Origin: a virus
IMG/VR virus record: IMGVR_UViG_3300031251_000005
Location: 23,977-87,976 of that record
Length of the DNA: 64,000 nt
Direction: 5' to 3' (one strand)
In this document: one piece after another, positions 19,716 to 30,213 of the stretch
How the letters are laid out: the number at the start of each line of letters is the position of its first letter
How positions within the stretch are numbered: position 1 is the stretch's first letter
The notes under the pieces: model-generated
What the model was told of the DNA's origin: nothing
The model's input: only the letters and a program-made list of their open reading frames with translations
The model's database searches: none
Program-made: the position numbers and the translations under genes

Positions 19716-21005
19716 TTACTGCCAGTTAATAGTAATAGCTGACCCAGTTTGTAAATTACTAAATCTAATTACATTATACAATTGAGTTACCTCAGCAGAA
19801 TTAGTAATGTTAATAGTAGTAATTGTATAATCTGAGAATTTAAAATTACCAGCTGAAGTTGCTATAGTTGTATTAGTAGGTAACCCAAAACTAGCAGGAT
19901 ATGCATAATAAGGGTAAGTTCCACCAGAACAATTATAAGTAACTGTTTTTGCAAAAGAACCAGACAAAGCAGTATTACCTAAGGCTTTAATTTGTAAAGC
20001 TGTTAATGAAGCTGCATTACTAATACCCCAATATAATGAAGAGGTAAACAATACAGTAACACTTTGTGAAGTAGTGTGAGTGCCATCACTAGCAGTTAAA
20101 GTATAAATAGTATTAGCTGTTAAATTAGCATTACTAACCGTATATGAACCTAATGACGGGTCTATAGCACCAATACCATTATTTAAACTCAAAGAGGTAA
20201 ATGCTGAGTTAGGATTCCAAGTAAGGGTTACAGAAGGAACTGTAGTGCCTATTTGTACATTAGTTACTGAACTAGCAAAGTTAGAAATCTTTAATGTATT
20301 AGCTGAATTACTCAACATTAATACACCATTAACAATAGCAAAGTCTGGACCTAGAGTATTAAATAAAGTACTAGAATTACTAAATTGATTAGCTAACTTA
20401 TTTACATCTTTTCTTAGATTAGCTATTAAAGCCAATACTTTATCTATTCTATCTGATAAATAAGCTCCAGATAATACAGGTACTCTAGTGCTAACTAAAG
20501 CTAAGTATATTTTATTCATAGCTATTTGCAAAGCATTTAACCCTGTCAAATCAGTTAGAATATTGTGCGTGTGAGGACCTGTGGGATATACCTGTGGTTT
20601 ATTTAATACTTCACTCCAAGTAACTGGAGCCCCACCTAAAGTAGCAATAGCTGCTCGTAACTGAGTGGTTAAAGAAGAGTTCTCCCCTTCAGCTCCACCA
20701 ACTGCTTGATAAGTTAAAGAGACATTACCATTAATTGATTGATTCAGAATTTTAATAGCACCTGCTACTTCAAAACCAGTTAATGCTGTGATATCTGAAT
20801 CTAATGATAGGAATACATAATCTATTCCTAATGTTAAAAATTGTTGAGTTATTAAACCCTGAATTACTACAGACTTAGTATAAAATAACCCATATTCTGG
20901 TACTACAACTGAACCAATCGTGGCTGACAGTGTATGTACCTCATCTGGAATTAAATTATTAGGACTGACAGCAGTAGGGTCAAAAGCATGTGTATACACT
21001 GCCAT
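19716..21005 (-). CDS. Tail fibre/baseplate protein (phiKZ gp131-135-like N-terminus)
   Basis: FDPTAVSPNNLIPDEVH...YQAVGG...HTH. Confidence 0.7.
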   Translation of the reverse strand: MAVYTHAFDPTAVSPNNLIPDEVHTLSATIGSVVVPEYGLFYTKSVVIQGLITQQFLTLGIDYVFLSLDSDITALTGFEVAGAIKILNQSINGNVSLTYQAVGGAEGENSSLTTQLRAAIATLGGAPVTWSEVLNKPQVYPTGPHTHNILTDLTGLNALQIAMNKIYLALVSTRVPVLSGAYLSDRIDKVLALIANLRKDVNKLANQFSNSSTLFNTLGPDFAIVNGVLMLSNSANTLKISNFASSVTNVQIGTTVPSVTLTWNPNSAFTSLSLNNGIGAIDPSLGSYTVSNANLTANTIYTLTASDGTHTTSQSVTVLFTSSLYWGISNAASLTALQIKALGNTALSGSFAKTVTYNCSGGTYPYYAYPASFGLPTNTTIATSAGNFKFSDYTITTINITNSAEVTQLYNVIRFSNLQTGSAITINWQ

Positions 21006-21033
21006 TAATTTTCTCCCTATTTATAGGCAAATA

Positions 21034-21063
21034 AGCAATTAGCCTTAATTAAGGCTAATTGCT
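21034..21063. terminator. Perfect 30-bp palindrome
   Basis: agcaattagccttaa|ttaaggctaattgct. Confidence 0.7.
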
Positions 21064-21088
21064 ATTTATTATTTTTTTGAAATAGTAT

Positions 21089-21472
21089 TTATGGCAAAGT
21101 AATAGGTATATTATTATTAGTCGCAGATGTTTTAATTTTTATTAAAGCTTCAGGATCTAATAAACCTTTTGTTACTGCATCCTCAATTAAAGCTGCTGCA
21201 TCTACAAATTCACCTAATTCAATTGTACTAAAGAAAATAGGATATTCTTTAGCTAAATTATTAGAATTAACTATACCACCTATAGCTGCTTTAATATCTT
21301 GAATAAATGCAGTTATATTTGGGGTAGTAGATGGTGGTAATATTGCAGCAAGAGTAGCTGCTTCTTCATCTGTAATTTCTACTGAGCCGGATGGAAGTAA
21401 AGCCTCTCCACCGTTACTAATATCTTCATCAGATAAATAATGTACTACGTTATTTGTATCTTTATAATGCAT
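21089..21472 (-). CDS. Putative tail fibre assembly chaperone
   Basis: Small acidic ORF right after a fibre gene; MHYKD..N.VH...LP.G.VEITDEEA pattern. Confidence 0.55.
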   Translation of the reverse strand: MHYKDTNNVVHYLSDEDISNGGEALLPSGSVEITDEEAATLAAILPPSTTPNITAFIQDIKAAIGGIVNSNNLAKEYPIFFSTIELGEFVDAAALIEDAVTKGLLDPEALIKIKTSATNNNIPITLP

Positions 21473-21474
21473 TT

Positions 21475-23946
21475 TTAATTCCTCAACTCAGACCAGGTAT
21501 TTACACCAGTAGTATTATTCATATTAACTAAATACGATTTGCCATTTGGTACTGCAAAAGTTATAGATGCTGTGCTGAATGCAACTGAAGATAATGAACC
21601 TACATTTGTATATCCATCTACAGCTGCAGAAATACTACCACCAGCAGCCCCGTTATTTGCTGATACTGTTACTAATATATCTTGCCCAGTGGTATTATAA
21701 TAGGTAGTATTAAGTGCTCTTATTAAAGTACCACCGGTACCAATATGTTGTAAAGTCCTACCAGAGGTAACATTAGCGATGTTAGTAATATCTTGACCAC
21801 CAATAGGCTGTACTAAAGTGGGGCTACTATCCCAAGTACCAGCTGTTGTTTCTGCAATATCAAAATAACCAACTACACGATATTGTGAGTTAGCAACTAC
21901 TGCTGCTTGTGAATAAACAACATTAGCTGATGTAGCAGCAGTAGAAATAATAGTAGGGGCAGTAGTTAATAAATTAGATTCATCTAATTTTAAACCACCA
22001 CTAGCATTAGCAACACACAATACTGGTGAACCAGCATTATAAGCAATCAATACAATAAATCTATTAGAAGCTACTACACTACTATTTTGAGTACCTAGTG
22101 TTGCAGTAGATGGTATTACCAGAGGTGTTACATTTACAGATACATTAGGAATAGTAGAACCATCAGTAAGGGTACTTGATCTAAAATCTAACACTGTAGA
22201 TGGCACTGAAATAGTTAAAGTATGTGTAGAACTATTCGCTGTTACAGATAGAGCAGTTAACTGACTAGATGGGGTAATAATACCATGACCAGGATTTTGT
22301 AAAACCCATTTATTAAGTGTACCATCCCATTGTAACAATAATCTATGACCAGGTCCTGTAATATCCCCTAGTGCTAATGGTAAATTAGCACCTTTAACAA
22401 TTGTGTGAGCTGTAGTAGCATTAGCAGCGAATGTAGGGGTAGTAGTAGTGTTTACTGCGCCTGCTCTAACAGCTAATAACATCCCATCATATAAGGTAGT
22501 AATTGCTGGTGTAAAGGTTGCAGTAATTGCATCTGAAGTACCACCAGCTGGTGCTGTAACAAGACTACCAGATTGTATTACAGAGTTAGTAGCATACCCA
22601 GTTAAAATGTTATTTAAACTAAGAGTATTAGTGTAATTACTTAATGCAGTAGCTAAAGCTGTATTTGTTATATAAGTATTTAAATAACTAGTTACCCAAC
22701 TATACACAGAGGCTATAGTAGGATAATGTGTATCACTAGGTGATCCACTATTATAATCTGCAGAATATGTTGCTGAGGTTACTTTATTACTCACATTCTC
22801 AGAAGTATAGTTAAGTGCAGATGGTATAACAAGCCAGTTTGTAGCTGTTTGACCAGGGGCATCGATAAGTGCTCTAATAACCGTACCAACTGGTTCTGTA
22901 ACACTATTTAAAGTACCCGCTACTGTAAGAGTCCACATATCCCCCTTTTTAACAGTTCCAGTGGTACCACTACCACCTGTAACTGGAAAGAGATTAGTAG
23001 AAGCATTATATCCACCACGATCATTAACCGTGTTAAGTCCAGCAGCATCAGTATAGGCTTTAGCAGCGTTGAGAGCAGCAGTAGCAGCAGCATTTGCTGC
23101 ACCAGCTGCATCAAACGCACTAGCTGATTGAGAAGATGCTGTACCTAAACTTAAGCCAGAAATAGCATTAGTTAAAGCTGTTGGTGTAACATAATCTGTA
23201 TTAGCTACCGCCGCTGAGAATGCCCCTGAACCATTGCCTTTAATAATACCAGAAATAGTATTAAAACTACCTACTGCATTATTTAACTGTGCGGTAACCC
23301 AAGTGGTAGTAGCAAAACTACCAGATAAAATACCACTATTACTTAATGTAGTATTCCATGAATTAACTTGTGTTTTAAGAGTAGCAATATCTGTTTGTGC
23401 ATTAGCAAAAGAACTATTAATAAAGGTAAGATACGTTGATGGAGTACCTAATGAATCTGCTATAGCTTGTAATTTATTTGTAAATAAATTAGTTACATTA
23501 GTATTATTTAGATCTAAATTTAAAGTTGGATTGTTTAATACTGCAGCATCACCAGTAAATAATAACCAATTATCAATCAAGGTTCTATCAAACACACCAG
23601 CTGCTGTAATTTCTGCAGCTAGAATTGGATCATTACCACCACCTACTGCATGGTAAGTTAAAGTAATGTTACTCCAGTTTGTATAATTAGTTAATAAGAT
23701 ATAACTATATACTTCTTTACCGGTTTGTCCTGATCTTACAGAAAACAAAGGAGAATAAATAAAATCTGCATATTCAGTTAACTGTATTGGGGAACCACCA
23801 GAAACTGGTGATCCATATACAGTCAATCCTGAAGTATAAAATGGGCCTTGTGTAGGTACTATATCTGGTTCTGTAATGGAGTTAATTACTTCATTAGTTA
23901 TCAGATTTGCCACAAGAACACCAGTGGGGTCAAATGCTACTGTCAT
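21475..23946 (-). CDS. Tail fibre protein (gp131-family N-terminus)
   Basis: FDPTGVLVANLITNE...GPFY...YHAVGG; T/S/A/G-rich shaft; TTYYNTTG.DI.V C-terminal tip domain. Confidence 0.75.
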   Translation of the reverse strand: MTVAFDPTGVLVANLITNEVINSITEPDIVPTQGPFYTSGLTVYGSPVSGGSPIQLTEYADFIYSPLFSVRSGQTGKEVYSYILLTNYTNWSNITLTYHAVGGGNDPILAAEITAAGVFDRTLIDNWLLFTGDAAVLNNPTLNLDLNNTNVTNLFTNKLQAIADSLGTPSTYLTFINSSFANAQTDIATLKTQVNSWNTTLSNSGILSGSFATTTWVTAQLNNAVGSFNTISGIIKGNGSGAFSAAVANTDYVTPTALTNAISGLSLGTASSQSASAFDAAGAANAAATAALNAAKAYTDAAGLNTVNDRGGYNASTNLFPVTGGSGTTGTVKKGDMWTLTVAGTLNSVTEPVGTVIRALIDAPGQTATNWLVIPSALNYTSENVSNKVTSATYSADYNSGSPSDTHYPTIASVYSWVTSYLNTYITNTALATALSNYTNTLSLNNILTGYATNSVIQSGSLVTAPAGGTSDAITATFTPAITTLYDGMLLAVRAGAVNTTTTPTFAANATTAHTIVKGANLPLALGDITGPGHRLLLQWDGTLNKWVLQNPGHGIITPSSQLTALSVTANSSTHTLTISVPSTVLDFRSSTLTDGSTIPNVSVNVTPLVIPSTATLGTQNSSVVASNRFIVLIAYNAGSPVLCVANASGGLKLDESNLLTTAPTIISTAATSANVVYSQAAVVANSQYRVVGYFDIAETTAGTWDSSPTLVQPIGGQDITNIANVTSGRTLQHIGTGGTLIRALNTTYYNTTGQDILVTVSANNGAAGGSISAAVDGYTNVGSLSSVAFSTASITFAVPNGKSYLVNMNNTTGVNTWSELRN

Positions 23947-23947
23947 A

Positions 23948-24931
23948 TTAGAATCCTATTGCGAAGTATGTAATTAAGCGATTATTAATTAGATTTGTAG
24001 TATCATAGGTAACAGCTACATCTACACCACTTTTAGTAGGTATTTTGTTTTTTACTCTGTCATTACTAATACCAATTGAATTATCTGCAAAATAAATGCT
24101 AGGTATAAAAAATAAGCACTGATTGCCAAATGGTGGATCAACAAAATTAATATGACTAGGAGCATTACCATATGCAAACTGTATTGAACCAACTTTAATA
24201 GTTAATCCTTTAAAAATTGTAAAGCTATAATGCTGTAAATCAGGTGGTATTGTTTTTGCTTGATTTTCAGGTTTTAATGCTGCTATAAAATTAGTAATCA
24301 TACTAGCCATTGTATTGTTATTATCATTAACCGAGTTCATTAAACTCATAAATGGTTCTACAATAGTATTTAAATAGACTTGTGAGTAATCCTGAATATC
24401 ATCTACATGTACACCACGAGCCGGTGATTGTAGTGCATTAGCTATATTATCTAATCCCTGATAGATTTGATTCATACCAGAAAATTGACTCAACGCTTCA
24501 GTATGTGGTGTAGGAGGAAATACTGTAGGTGCAGTACTCCAGTCTACATTTACATACTGAGCTGCTAATGCAATAAGACCATCTGTAATAGCTAGACTAG
24601 GTGCAGTAACATAATCACCACCTATAGTTTGATAATTTACTTTATATACCCCAACTACCCAATTAGGTATTAGAGTAATAGTACCATAAATTTCTTTACC
24701 TACAGAATCACTGGCTTGTGCCCAGTGATGAGTTAGATAATAATCAACACCTTCAGTTAAAGTATTACCAGATGCATCAACTATATATAAACTATCACCA
24801 TAAAATGGCGCTGCTTCTGGCACTATTAGAAAAGCCTGCTGTCCAATACCAGCAGTAACACTGTGTGCTTCATTAATTATTTTATTTAACGGGTTAATTC
24901 CCGTACTATCAAAAGCTGGAATTGATGGCAT
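23948..24931 (-). CDS. Tail fibre/baseplate protein (gp131-135 family paralog)
   Basis: FDSTGINPLNKIINEAH...APFY...GVDYY...YQTIGG...FPPTPH. Confidence 0.7.
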   Translation of the reverse strand: MPSIPAFDSTGINPLNKIINEAHSVTAGIGQQAFLIVPEAAPFYGDSLYIVDASGNTLTEGVDYYLTHHWAQASDSVGKEIYGTITLIPNWVVGVYKVNYQTIGGDYVTAPSLAITDGLIALAAQYVNVDWSTAPTVFPPTPHTEALSQFSGMNQIYQGLDNIANALQSPARGVHVDDIQDYSQVYLNTIVEPFMSLMNSVNDNNNTMASMITNFIAALKPENQAKTIPPDLQHYSFTIFKGLTIKVGSIQFAYGNAPSHINFVDPPFGNQCLFFIPSIYFADNSIGISNDRVKNKIPTKSGVDVAVTYDTTNLINNRLITYFAIGF

Positions 24932-25068
24932 GTTAATCCTCGTTTTTAAATAGGGATAAATCCTATTTTCATATGATTAAGCTTCTATGAAGTGTGATTC
25001 ATACATTATTATAATAATGCAGCAAATGATATGACTACCAAAAAGCTACTATTTATCTAGGAGACCAT

Positions 25069-26277
25069 ATGTATAATATAAATGAAGTATTGGTTAGAAA
25101 GAATAGATCATGGTCTACTATTGACTTTTCTACTATTACTGTACAGCAATTAATTAGTGACTATAATTTAGTATTGATTAAAATATCACCAAGTGATTCT
25201 ACTTTATTACTTCAATATAATTTAATTGAGTTTCCAGGTATCTATTTAGTTGATAACCTTACTACTATATCTAATTTTATTAGTAGTTTTAATGGGGAAT
25301 TACCAGATGCTATTTATCCACAAAAAAGTTTATCTACCGCTAAGTATATAACTTATAGCGATTTATTTGGTTTTGGTTTAGATGCAAATAGAGTAGCATA
25401 TTCTTCTTCTGTTTTAAATTACAATGTAAATTATTTACCAGATATTTGTATATCTAAACCTGATTCATATCCAAATGAAATATCTACTCTACATAATAAA
25501 GTATTATATACTGTAAATGGTAAGATTGTGTTTGAAGTTATTGAGAATGAGAAAGCTTATTTAGTAAAAGGAGCTAATATTTTAGATAGGTATAAGTCAC
25601 AACATTTAGGAATTATAGATTTCTCAGCTTTAGGTGGTTTTACTAAAACTATATTGGATACTACTCATGTAAGTATCTTTTCAGCAGATGATAGAAAAGC
25701 AATAATGTATATTACTTTACCTGAACCTATGGCTGGTAAAACACCTTTATTAGTAGTAAATGGTAATCTAAGAATTATGGAAGATATATATACAGTTATC
25801 AATAGTACACAGATTGCAATTAAATTAGATTATTTACAAATGTTAAATGATGTATCTGGAATGAAAGCTTCTGATGTAAATTGGGTATCTGCTGTTAACG
25901 GTAATGATGATGGGTTTAATTTAGCTACTGTAAATCCAACTGCTTATTTAACTAGTGGCACTTCAGCTGTAATATTAGTAGATACTACAGAATTAAGTAT
26001 GGATAAAATAAATCTATTGCCAACTGGATTTGCAGAGAGATATGTTTCATCAGAAATTCCTACTGGAATTATGTTTCTACAAGATGGTACTATTGGAGAT
26101 TATAATACAACTGCTATTACTTATTATGGTAATGAAATATCTACTAGTAAACCTAAGTCTATAAATATGTTAAAAGATACAATACCATCAAATAAAGTAG
26201 TAGGTGTTAATAATGCTAATTTAACTTTTGATAGTACTTTATCTTCAGCAGTTATAGTAGATTTATATATTCTATAA
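25069..26277 (+). CDS. Virion structural protein (possibly phiKZ gp130-like)
   Basis: 402 aa; TVNG, GIIDFSALGG and LVVNG motifs; adjacent to the fibre cluster. Confidence 0.5.
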   Translation: MYNINEVLVRKNRSWSTIDFSTITVQQLISDYNLVLIKISPSDSTLLLQYNLIEFPGIYLVDNLTTISNFISSFNGELPDAIYPQKSLSTAKYITYSDLFGFGLDANRVAYSSSVLNYNVNYLPDICISKPDSYPNEISTLHNKVLYTVNGKIVFEVIENEKAYLVKGANILDRYKSQHLGIIDFSALGGFTKTILDTTHVSIFSADDRKAIMYITLPEPMAGKTPLLVVNGNLRIMEDIYTVINSTQIAIKLDYLQMLNDVSGMKASDVNWVSAVNGNDDGFNLATVNPTAYLTSGTSAVILVDTTELSMDKINLLPTGFAERYVSSEIPTGIMFLQDGTIGDYNTTAITYYGNEISTSKPKSINMLKDTIPSNKVVGVNNANLTFDSTLSSAVIVDLYIL

Positions 26278-26330
26278 TTATATACTAAACAGTGATATTC
26301 TATGACTCATAAATCGTAGGAATATATTCC

Positions 26331-27737
26331 ATGTTATATAATGACACTTTACCAACATCTATAGAAGCTTATACAGATGGTTCTACTATTCCAAACCCAG
26401 GCCCTAGTGGATATGGATTTTATGCAATAGATGATACTAAAATTGTATACCATGGGTATGGTAGTGCAGGTATTAATGCTACTAACAATATAGCTGAATT
26501 AACAGCTGTAATTAAATTTCTTAGGTTTATTAAAACCATACCTAGCATTGAAACTATCACTATTAATAGTGATAGTAAATATGTGGTAGATAATATACAA
26601 TTTATTTCTAAATGGGAATCTAAAAATTGGGAATCTTCTACTGGCGAATTAATTAAGAATATTGTTCTATGGCAACAATTACAAGAAGAGTTAAAATATC
26701 TTAATAATAAGAAGATATCTTTTAAATGGGTAAGAGGGCATTCTGGAATATTAGGGAATGAAACTGCAGATATTAATGCTAATAAAGGTAGGATAGCATT
26801 AATGCATGGTGATATTAATGATATTGTTATCACTGAGAATAGTGTACATCCTATTGAAGAAGAGTCTATAATAAAGGAAGGTAATAAAACTAAACCTGAA
26901 AAGAAAGTAAAAAAGAAAGCTATTATTCCTTTAAATCCATTATTTACAGGTAAGCGTTGGTTCTTTATTTCTAATAAACCTATTCAACTTTCAGATGGTA
27001 GATTCTTTTACTTATCTTCTACTTATAAAGAAGATGCTAAAAAACCTAATCAAAATTTAGGTAAGCGTAGTCCAGATACTAGTTATTCTATTTTACTTAC
27101 TAAAAATAACATTAGTGAACTAGATAGCTTAAGAGATAAATATAATATTAATTTTAGTAATATGCATTTACCAGTAATTGGTGATATGGCTACTATCACA
27201 AAAGCATCTAACTGGACTACTATTGTAGAATCACAGAATGCTTTAACAGTTATTAAAGGTGAATTGGCAGTAATGCCAGATAGTACAGTATTAGCTTATA
27301 TAGTAAATCCTCCTAAATTAGTATTTAGGTTAGAAGATATTTATAACTATGGTTTTACTTTATTAAGTAAATTTGAAAACAAAGACCCAAATATTGTATT
27401 TATTGATATAACTGATAATATTTTAACTAAAGTAAAAGATAAACAAACAATCAATTCAAACTTTATATTGGGTATGAATTCATATACTATACCTGATGTA
27501 GTAATATCTGATATATTAATTAGTGATGTTAAATTACAAATCGGTGTAGACTTACCAGTACGAAACACATTTACAGGTTTATTAAAACAAACTAAAGAAC
27601 CTATTAAAGTAACTCTAGCTATATTTGAAATAACGGGAAACAGCTTTAGAATAGTTACCATTATAGAAAATGAAGATAATTTAGGTATTTACTATAGCCC
27701 AGATTCAAACTATAGATTAGTATCAAATAACAAATAA
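26331..27737 (+). CDS. rnhA: Ribonuclease HI with a C-terminal extension (phiKZ gp155-like)
   Basis: YTDGS..PNPG, TNNIAEL, SDSKYV, WVRGHSGILGNETAD. Confidence 0.92.
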   Translation: MLYNDTLPTSIEAYTDGSTIPNPGPSGYGFYAIDDTKIVYHGYGSAGINATNNIAELTAVIKFLRFIKTIPSIETITINSDSKYVVDNIQFISKWESKNWESSTGELIKNIVLWQQLQEELKYLNNKKISFKWVRGHSGILGNETADINANKGRIALMHGDINDIVITENSVHPIEEESIIKEGNKTKPEKKVKKKAIIPLNPLFTGKRWFFISNKPIQLSDGRFFYLSSTYKEDAKKPNQNLGKRSPDTSYSILLTKNNISELDSLRDKYNINFSNMHLPVIGDMATITKASNWTTIVESQNALTVIKGELAVMPDSTVLAYIVNPPKLVFRLEDIYNYGFTLLSKFENKDPNIVFIDITDNILTKVKDKQTINSNFILGMNSYTIPDVVISDILISDVKLQIGVDLPVRNTFTGLLKQTKEPIKVTLAIFEITGNSFRIVTIIENEDNLGIYYSPDSNYRLVSNNK

Positions 27738-27752
27738 CTTATAGGATTTTTT

Positions 27753-29033
27753 ATGTTAATTGGTTTTTATAATATAAATTCATTTATTAATAACAATATA
27801 GGAACAGTTAATCCTATTGGTGAATTAAGTGAATTAGGAAATACTTACTCTAGAACTATATCTCAGTATGCAGGCACTAAAGGTAATCTATCTATTTTTG
27901 ATGTAGGTGATTTAACTATTAGTCAAAGAGTATTAACTCAACAAGTTTGTACACAAATAGCTGGTATGTTAGATAATATAGTTAATTATAATACCAGCTC
28001 TGGTAATCTATTAGCTAACTTTCAAGCTGAATTAGGAAATACAGTAACTAACCTTTCTTTGGGTTTACCTATTTTAAACCCTGATGATAATCAATTATAC
28101 CCAACTTGGATACAATTTGATACTGTACAACAAGGTTTAGTCTGGACATTTAAGATATGGTTATCAGACACTGATTTTAGAAACAATTATCCAGCAGGGC
28201 ATATTCAGTTAATTTTTCCTATTTCTAATCTAGCACACTTATTCTCTGATTATACAGGGTCAGCTGCTATTGTAAATGCATTAAAACCCACTAGTCTAAC
28301 TATACTAGCTGCTAATCAAGTAACTGATGTAGTAACTGGTTATGATGAAATGACTATTAGAGTATACAATGCTAATGATATCACTCAGTTTTTTGATTTT
28401 CCAGTATTAGTAGCTTTCAATGGAGGTGATTTATTCTGTAATAGAGTTAATTACTTCAAAGCTTTTAAAGATGCTATATTAGCAGTGCCTGGTTTAACCT
28501 TAGCTCAATGGCTAACCGTAATACCTAGTTTAGAGCCTTTAAATAAATATTATGTTTTACCTAATTGGATTAATACAGCTATAGTTAACTTAGCAGTTCA
28601 ATCACCTATTTGTAGCCCTACTATCTTAGTATCTGCACCTGATGCTTTTGCTGCTAAATATTTTCCAGATTACACTCTGCAACAAGTATCTGATTATTTA
28701 AATTATACAGTAGCAATGTATAAGTCACTTGGTTTATATATAGTGCCTGATTTATTAAATCTGGATGGTAGATTACCATGGAGAGTTAAACTACCTGATT
28801 ATTTCTTAGTATCTTTGAATGATTTAAATATTCAACAAATGTCAGTAGCTACACAAAATGTAGTAGTGTTATTAGATAGAATGATTAGATTTGCAGAAAC
28901 ATACACGGTTGATACTGTTTTACCAGATACTATTACAATAGAAAAAAGAGGTACTTTACTATATGCTTGTTCTTCTATTGAGAATATACAACTCTGTGTA
29001 TTAACACGCGCATCATCAATTGCCACTGGATAG
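27753..29033 (+). CDS. Conserved hypothetical, probable virion structural protein
   Basis: 426 aa; N-terminal GF...PIGELSE...TY pattern recalled from phiKZ-like structural genes. Confidence 0.5.
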   Translation: MLIGFYNINSFINNNIGTVNPIGELSELGNTYSRTISQYAGTKGNLSIFDVGDLTISQRVLTQQVCTQIAGMLDNIVNYNTSSGNLLANFQAELGNTVTNLSLGLPILNPDDNQLYPTWIQFDTVQQGLVWTFKIWLSDTDFRNNYPAGHIQLIFPISNLAHLFSDYTGSAAIVNALKPTSLTILAANQVTDVVTGYDEMTIRVYNANDITQFFDFPVLVAFNGGDLFCNRVNYFKAFKDAILAVPGLTLAQWLTVIPSLEPLNKYYVLPNWINTAIVNLAVQSPICSPTILVSAPDAFAAKYFPDYTLQQVSDYLNYTVAMYKSLGLYIVPDLLNLDGRLPWRVKLPDYFLVSLNDLNIQQMSVATQNVVVLLDRMIRFAETYTVDTVLPDTITIEKRGTLLYACSSIENIQLCVLTRASSIATG

Positions 29034-29041
29034 ATATAATC

Positions 29042-29671
29042 ATGATATTACCTCAAATAAATACTTTCGGTGTATTTAACTTAAAAATACCATTTATTAT
29101 TAGTAGTGTAAATTATAAAGTAACTAGTATCTCTTTAATAACTAATTTATTAGAATCTGGCATTGATGTATATAGTGTATATTACTCCCCATTTAATTTA
29201 ACTCAAGATCAATATCAAACTGATTTAAATAATGGTGTTTCTATTATAACATTAGAAAGTGCTGATGGCCCTGAGATATTCGTACCTAGTAGTTATATAG
29301 ATACAATGCCAGTAGCATTAGCTGTACCTTATAGTAGATTAGTGTTATCATTAGATTTGGGTGAATTACCAGATGATTTACCAATTACTAATTTACTAAA
29401 TAATTTAAAGATGATGGCTGATGATTATGTTGGCATATCATCTAACCCTAAGTTACATAAACTACCATCTATATACACTTATAGTAAATTACAATCTCAA
29501 ATTAAAGAGCAGCAGCGTTTAATAAATATTCGGAATCAAACTTCAATATTAACTGGAAAAATAAATTCAGATGCTTTATTAAATAGTGCTAATCTAAAAA
29601 TAATGATGTTAGAAGCAGCACTAGTTACTGCTAATAAGAAAATAACTGAGTTAGAAAATCTAGGTATTTAA
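29042..29671 (+). CDS. Hypothetical protein with a C-terminal coiled coil
   Basis: 209 aa ORF in the same operon; VPSSYI and LDLGELPD motifs. Confidence 0.6.
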   Translation: MILPQINTFGVFNLKIPFIISSVNYKVTSISLITNLLESGIDVYSVYYSPFNLTQDQYQTDLNNGVSIITLESADGPEIFVPSSYIDTMPVALAVPYSRLVLSLDLGELPDDLPITNLLNNLKMMADDYVGISSNPKLHKLPSIYTYSKLQSQIKEQQRLINIRNQTSILTGKINSDALLNSANLKIMMLEAALVTANKKITELENLGI

Positions 29672-29684
29672 AATAACAAATAAG

Positions 29685-29720
29685 ATAGATACTATAGGCA
29701 CTAGTGCCTATAGTATCTAT
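29685..29720. terminator. Perfect 36-bp palindrome
   Basis: atagatactataggcact|agtgcctatagtatctat. Confidence 0.7.
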
Positions 29721-29742
29721 ACTTTTGCCTTTAAGGATAAAT

Positions 29743-30213
29743 ATGAAAATAATATTAGTTGTAGCTATGAGTGAAAACCAAGTAATTGGTGATAGTAATA
29801 AATTACCATGGCATTACCCTGGTGATCTAAAACACTTTAAAGATATAACACTTAATAAAACTGTAGTAATGGGACGTAAGACTTATGAGTCTATAGGTAA
29901 ACTTCTTACTAAAAGAAAGAATATAATCTTAACTAAAAATAATAATTACATAGCTAAAGGTTGTTTAGTATACACCTGTTTAGATATGTTATTAAAATTC
30001 CATAAACATGAAGACTTGTATATTATTGGTGGAGCTAAGATATATAAATTGTTTCTACCAATAGCCACTGAGATTCATTTAACCCTTATACATAGAAATG
30101 TAGAGGGGGATGCTATATTTCCAGATATAAACACTAAAGAATGGAAATGCATACATGAATTCAATGAAGCACCTCACCCAGATTATGACTTCTACCACTT
30201 AACTAGAATATGA
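29743..30213 (+). CDS. folA: Dihydrofolate reductase
   Basis: VIG..NKLPWH.PGDLKHFK, VVMGRKTYESIG, IIGGAKIY, EGDAIFP; start set at ATG 29743 after AAGGA. Confidence 0.95.
   Translation: MKIILVVAMSENQVIGDSNKLPWHYPGDLKHFKDITLNKTVVMGRKTYESIGKLLTKRKNIILTKNNNYIAKGCLVYTCLDMLLKFHKHEDLYIIGGAKIYKLFLPIATEIHLTLIHRNVEGDAIFPDINTKEWKCIHEFNEAPHPDYDFYHLTRI

Noticed and set aside
29704-29742. Extended N-termini of DHFR (29704) and of ORF 39630
   Set aside because: Those start codons fall inside palindromes; better RBS-ATG pairs lie downstream.
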